From Candidatus Atabeyarchaeum deiterrae (GTDB lineage: Archaea; Asgardarchaeota; Atabeyarchaeia; Atabeyarchaeales; Atabeyarchaeaceae): 64,000 nucleotides of DNA. How positions within the stretch are numbered: position 1 is the first letter of the stretch; each line of letters opens with the position of its first letter. The position numbers and the translations under genes are program-made. The stretch is taken from assembly GCA_037310415.1 (NCBI GenBank), contig CP147780.1:288001-352000 (forward strand), in the 5' to 3' direction. Below are positions 59,471 to 64,000 of the stretch, piece after piece. The notes under the pieces were generated by a model, which was not told the origin of the DNA, made no database searches, and saw nothing but the letters and a program-made list of their open reading frames with translations.

Positions 59471-59723
59471 AGGTAAACACCAGATACTCCTACTGTAACC
59501 ATTTCCGGCTAATAATCGTCTGACTCACTTGATACACGGTTAACGAATAATACTTATGGTTGCGATCGGTTATATTTATTTACACTGATGCCACGAAATT
59601 AGGCATAAGTTCAATTCATCTCCGCAATGACAATCATGTTCTGGTGAAATAAAAGTGGGAAATAATCCGCGCTTTGTTGTGTCAGGGGTAAAGATCGTCG
59701 GGAGATGGGATTGGAGCGCAAAG

Positions 59724-59915
59724 ATGAGTTGCATAGTCTGCAACCTGGACATCAAAAAAACACAAGATGCAGTGCGATGCCCACATTGTGGAAACGTATC
59801 GCACAAGACTCACATGCTTGAGTGGCTACACGTCAGAAACAAATGCCCTGCATGTAATCAGCACTTATCTGAGTCAGAGCTGGAGAGAATTCTGCCAGAA
59901 GAGGATCAAAGATGA
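59724..59915 (+). CDS. Small RING-finger protein (E3-like)
   Basis: CIVC...CPHC...H..H..EW....CPAC. Confidence 0.82.
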   Translation: MSCIVCNLDIKKTQDAVRCPHCGNVSHKTHMLEWLHVRNKCPACNQHLSESELERILPEEDQR

Positions 59916-60096
59916 CACTTAGCCGAGGTCAGAACTTGGAACAGTCGCATCTGAAAAACAAAGAAAAAACCCAAATGGGAAAGGTATAATAGGTTAGGAT
60001 TCCGCTAGAAATGTTGACCTGAACATTCACTGCATATTTGAGCAGTAACCAACACATAAAAGTCATTTAGAAAAAACAGGGGGCAGAACAGGGAGA

Positions 60097-60333
60097 ATGA
60101 TATTGAAAATCGTATCAGCTATAGGCGGAGATGTCATCGAGATCGATGTTCCGCCGCAGGCAACAGTTGCAGCCGTAAAGAGAGAAATCGCCTCGAAGAA
60201 GAAGATTCCCTCTTCAACTGTACTATTAGTGCACCGGGGGAAACAGCTGGACGACAATGACGTACTACAGGATGCTAATGTCGGGGACTATGACAAGCTC
60301 TACTTAATCACGAGAACCGAAGGCGGCAGATAA
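60097..60333 (+). CDS. Ubiquitin-like protein with C-terminal GG-R
   Basis: TVAAVK..I, LVHRGKQLDD and LITRTEGGR. Confidence 0.9.
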   Translation: MILKIVSAIGGDVIEIDVPPQATVAAVKREIASKKKIPSSTVLLVHRGKQLDDNDVLQDANVGDYDKLYLITRTEGGR

Positions 60334-60420
60334 CAAAGCGGCAAACAGAACTCCATCAGTTCTCATTCGGCGCATTTCGCTTAAGCTAGAGCTAAGACCA
60401 CTAGTGACCTTGTTGAGAGG

Positions 60421-60894
60421 GTGACTACAATTTTATCAGGCGAGGAATACTGGGCGCGACTTTCGATCGAGGCAAAGACTCTAGAACAAGAAGAACCGAC
60501 TTTCCGCCCCGTCAGAGAGAACATTTGCCTGTGGCGCGGCTACATACTTGGCACTGGAATCTATGAGGGTGGAGTATTCCAACTGGAAATAGAGATAACC
60601 AAGAAGTTTCCATTTGAGCCGCCTATTGTTAGATGCTTGACACCAGTTTTCCATCCGAACTTTAGAGGGGACAGGATCTGTGTCGGCATCCTTGGTAAAC
60701 AATGGACGCCAGCTACGTCAATAGCGGGTGTGATCGAGGCTATTCGTAACCTACTGAACTTTCCGAATCCTCATGATCCCCTTAATCTTGAAGCCGCAAA
60801 CTTGATGCTCAGAGATCCAGATCGATTTAAGAGGGAAGCACAAGACTGGGCGAAGAAACATGCTACCTGGAAGCAGTTGAAGGAGACTAGTTGA
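60421..60894 (+). CDS. Ubiquitin-conjugating enzyme E2
   Basis: YEGGVF, FPFEPP, HPN, ICV with catalytic Cys, WTPA and PLN.EAA motifs. Confidence 0.92.
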   Translation: MTTILSGEEYWARLSIEAKTLEQEEPTFRPVRENICLWRGYILGTGIYEGGVFQLEIEITKKFPFEPPIVRCLTPVFHPNFRGDRICVGILGKQWTPATSIAGVIEAIRNLLNFPNPHDPLNLEAANLMLRDPDRFKREAQDWAKKHATWKQLKETS

Positions 60895-60898
60895 GAAG

Positions 60899-61948
60899 AT
60901 GAAGCGGAAGCAAGGGGGAGCCAGGGAAGGAAGGTACAGTAGACAACTACTCCTCGAAAACTGGAAACAGGAAAAGCTGACTGCATCAAAGGTTCTGGTT
61001 GTTGGGATCGGAGCTCTAGGAGCAGCTGCAGCAACAAATCTAGTTGCACTCGGCGTTGGCGAGATAACCCTAGTGGATTTCGATACCGTTGAGATTTCAA
61101 ATCTCAATAGACAGGTCCTCTTTAGGGAGAGCGACATAGGTAAAGCCAAAGTGACTGTTGCGGCAAAACATCTAAAAGAACTTAACTCGGACATCAAAAT
61201 CAACCAATATAACCAAGACATGCGAGTCTTGCCGAAGGGGGTATATGAATCACCAAAGGCAATTTTGGACTGCCTCGATTCCTTCGAAGACAAGAGATGG
61301 CTCAATTCAGTGTGTGTTGAACTTAAAAAGCCGCTGATTCACGGTGGAATGTACGGATGGTATGGCAACGTTCAAGTCGTGATCCCATTCAAAACTCCAT
61401 GCCTTGAATGCCAACCGCTAATCCCACCCGAGAGACTAGAAAAAGCATGCACACCACCAGGAAAGCGGAGAAGAGAGGAAGAGCAGGCAGCGGCGACATG
61501 GCAAAAGCAGAAGATAAAAAAAACCAAAATGCCTTCGATATCAACTGTCTCGACAATAATAGGAGGTCTGCAAGCCCAACAAACTCTGAAGCTCATAATG
61601 GGAGGAGAAGAGGCATCGCTGCAAAGCAACTATCTTTTCTACGATGGGAGAACTGAGTCAATCACCAAGCTTGAACTCCAAAGGAATCCTAACTGCATTG
61701 TTTGTGGAGAAAAATATGCCGTGAGAACTACTGAATATGCCATCGACAAAGATGAAGACATACGTTCGCTGAAAGACCGCCTGATCATGAGTTGGGGGCT
61801 CGTCGAGCCTATCAGAGCAATATTGAACGGGCAAATCCTTCAAGACAACAAAAAGATAGGTGAACTTCACTTGGGACAAGGCGACGCTCTCTACGTTTAT
61901 GATCGCTCAATGTATAAGCCCATGCGTCTCGCTTTGAAAGTACAGTAG
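60899..61948 (+). CDS. Ubiquitin-activating enzyme E1 (ThiF domain, catalytic Cys, C-terminal ubiquitin-fold-like domain)
   Basis: RYSRQ, GIGALG, SNLNRQ, CLEC, ACT and CIVC motifs. Confidence 0.9.
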   Translation: MKRKQGGAREGRYSRQLLLENWKQEKLTASKVLVVGIGALGAAAATNLVALGVGEITLVDFDTVEISNLNRQVLFRESDIGKAKVTVAAKHLKELNSDIKINQYNQDMRVLPKGVYESPKAILDCLDSFEDKRWLNSVCVELKKPLIHGGMYGWYGNVQVVIPFKTPCLECQPLIPPERLEKACTPPGKRRREEEQAAATWQKQKIKKTKMPSISTVSTIIGGLQAQQTLKLIMGGEEASLQSNYLFYDGRTESITKLELQRNPNCIVCGEKYAVRTTEYAIDKDEDIRSLKDRLIMSWGLVEPIRAILNGQILQDNKKIGELHLGQGDALYVYDRSMYKPMRLALKVQ

Positions 61949-61975
61949 GTCAGGATTTTTGAAAATGTGTGCGCA

Positions 61976-62434
61976 CTACTGGGAGTCTTCTAACCAAAGC
62001 GGATCTTGGATTTCATCAATATCTATGCTCAGCCATTCTTTTTGAGAATCGAATAGCTGCTTCTCATCAGTCACCCTGATAAATGTAAGGGTCCTACAAG
62101 AAAAACAGTACACTTCGAAAGTCGAACCACCCCTAATCTCAAAATACTTCTGACCTCCATCGAGAATCTCACCTTTACTAATGTTGTTTATTATCGTTTC
62201 CCCCTTTGAGCAGGCGTGATTCCTGATTGTGTTATCTATTATTCCTGTGACCACAGATACTGCTGATTGAATTTCTCTGGCGTCCTCAAAGAAGAAGTTC
62301 CCAGAACAGACGCTGTACTTATTCTTTGTCCTTCGCAAGAGTTTTGGAGGCTCAAGCAACTTGTTTTTGTTCGTGGCTAGATATTCAAGAAGAGACTTGT
62401 ACAACTCATTCAACAAGGATTGCATAGTTCTCAA
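61976..62434 (-). CDS. Hypothetical protein
   Basis: 152-aa ORF filling the gap between E1 and cooC; has a CFSC motif. Confidence 0.5.
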   Translation of the reverse strand: MRTMQSLLNELYKSLLEYLATNKNKLLEPPKLLRRTKNKYSVCSGNFFFEDAREIQSAVSVVTGIIDNTIRNHACSKGETIINNISKGEILDGGQKYFEIRGGSTFEVYCFSCRTLTFIRVTDEKQLFDSQKEWLSIDIDEIQDPLWLEDSQ

Positions 62435-62497
62435 TATGCTATGGACAAGCTTATTTATATGGGGGCTTTTCTTGTTGGCAATGATCGCAGGGTGCTT

Positions 62498-63310
62498 GTG
62501 AAATTGTTGGGACTCAAGATCGCCGTTTCGGGGAAAGGTGGAGTAGGGAAGACAACAATTGCGGGAACACTGTCAAGGCTTTTTGCGAAGGACGGGAACA
62601 AGGTTCTGGGGGTAGACGCTGATCCAACCATGAACTTGTATACTGCAATAGGAATAGACAAGACGATCATGAGCAAGATTCACCCGATTAGCGAGATGGC
62701 CGACCTTATCGAGGAGAGAACAGGAGCGAAGCCTGGTACATCTGGGGGAATCTTCATAGTGAACCCCAAAGTGTCCGACATACCAGACAGATTTTCAGTT
62801 CAAGGCCCAGATGGGGTCAGACTCTTGGTGATGGGTTCGACTAAACCAGCAGGGACAGGATGTTTTTGTCCAGAAAATGCTATGATAAGAGCGTTGGTCT
62901 CGCACATAGTGCTGGACAGAGGGGAAATCGTAATAATGGATATGGAGGCAGGAGTTGAACATCTTACCCGAGGAACAGCAAGAAGTGTTGATCTCATGCT
63001 AATAGTTGTGGAGCCAGGGCAGAGGTCAATCGAGATCGCCGACACGATCAAGAGGCTCTCATCAAGTCTAGGAATCAAGAAGACTTGCTTGGTAGCGAAC
63101 AAAGTCAGAAGCAAGGATGAAGAGGATTTCCTCAACAAGTCTGCAAAGATCCTGCAAACGGATCTTATGGGTATGATCCACTACAGCGAAGCAGCTGCAT
63201 TGGCAGACAGGGAAGGGAGGGCGCTGATTGACATAGCGCCAGGCTCCTCAATCATGAAGGAAATTGCACAAGTGAAGACAAAGATAACAGAGGCATATCC
63301 ACCGGATTGA
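62498..63310 (+). CDS. cooC: CO dehydrogenase nickel-insertion ATPase (CooC/AcsF)
   Basis: GKGGVGKTT, DADP, GCFCPEN and DMEAGVEHL motifs. Confidence 0.9.
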   Translation: MKLLGLKIAVSGKGGVGKTTIAGTLSRLFAKDGNKVLGVDADPTMNLYTAIGIDKTIMSKIHPISEMADLIEERTGAKPGTSGGIFIVNPKVSDIPDRFSVQGPDGVRLLVMGSTKPAGTGCFCPENAMIRALVSHIVLDRGEIVIMDMEAGVEHLTRGTARSVDLMLIVVEPGQRSIEIADTIKRLSSSLGIKKTCLVANKVRSKDEEDFLNKSAKILQTDLMGMIHYSEAAALADREGRALIDIAPGSSIMKEIAQVKTKITEAYPPD

Positions 63311-63363
63311 CAAAGGCGTGTTCTTGAACAAGTGGAAAAGAGATGCGTGGAAGGTCATGAACT

Positions 63364-64000
63364 GTGAGTGGAAAGACCGCTCTGATTTACAGTGATGATT
63401 TCATGAAATATGATTTTGGACCGACGCACCCATTGCGACCAATCAGGTTGAAGTTGATGTTCGAGCTGCTTAGGTCGATGGGCGTAATAAGCGGTCCTTT
63501 GGTCAGTGTCCATTTGCCTCGCGAAGCAACTGGGGAAGAACTCATGATGGTTCACAGCAAGGAATACATAGAGGAAGTCAAAGCGTTCAGCAGAACAGGG
63601 GTTGGCTACCTGGATCAGGGAGACACGCCTGCTTTCAAGGGAATACATGAGGCAACCGCAGTAGCTGTTGGCGGATCCATTGTTGCATCAGACCTTGTAA
63701 TGAGCGGAGAAGTGTCGCATGCTTTCAATCCAGCAGGCGGGTTGCATCATGCCGGGAAGGATCATGCAGCAGGATTCTGCGTATATAACGACATAGGAGT
63801 GGCCATAAAGCATGTTCAGAACAAATACGGGGCTAAGAAGGTGGCTGTGGTCGACCTTGATGTCCACCATGGCGACGGCACTCAACAGATCTTCTATAGC
63901 GATCCGAATGTGCTGATTGTTGACCTCCACGAGGACGGAGGATATTTGTATCCTGGAAGTGGATTCACGCGTGAAATGGGAGAAGGAGCAGGTCGAGGAT
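63364..64000 (+). CDS. Histone deacetylase family / AcuC-like protein (runs off window end)
   Basis: Manual translation: YDFGPTHPLRPIR...GDTP...GGLHHA...GFCVYND...DLDVHHGDG. Confidence 0.88.
   Translation, partial: MSGKTALIYSDDFMKYDFGPTHPLRPIRLKLMFELLRSMGVISGPLVSVHLPREATGEELMMVHSKEYIEEVKAFSRTGVGYLDQGDTPAFKGIHEATAVAVGGSIVASDLVMSGEVSHAFNPAGGLHHAGKDHAAGFCVYNDIGVAIKHVQNKYGAKKVAVVDLDVHHGDGTQQIFYSDPNVLIVDLHEDGGYLYPGSGFTREMGEGAGRG

Overview
This 64 kb window is from an archaeal chromosome, very probably an Asgard archaeon: it has a ubiquitin-ESCRT gene cluster, a Rab-like GTPase, rpS26e and a short XPF. Positions 1-15.2 kb hold a decaying surface-glycan locus with GT2 enzymes, FkbM methyltransferases, a flippase-FkbM fusion, a nucleotide-sugar dehydrogenase, a GDP-mannose 3,5-epimerase-like gene and several gene relics. 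Positions 15.7-53 kb are mostly housekeeping genes for tRNA modification, cofactors, repair, proteasome, ProRS and a thiolase/DUF35/HMGS-like trio. That stretch also carries a small internally deleted IS200/IS605-type element and a tRNA-Lys(CTT) with a D-arm intron. Positions 53.4-62 kb carry Vps4, ESCRT-II, ESCRT-I, JAB, RING, ubiquitin, E2 and E1, followed by cooC and a truncated HDAC-family gene. The main finding is that two apparently split protein-coding genes, pcm (PIMT) and an EndoQ-type nuclease, each contain a short insert (29 and 41 nt) that folds into a canonical bulge-helix-bulge (BHB) motif. Cutting by the standard tRNA-splicing endonuclease rule restores the reading frame and a conserved motif exactly in both genes. 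These are candidate endonuclease-spliced mRNA introns. All assignments come from reading motifs by eye; no database searches were run.
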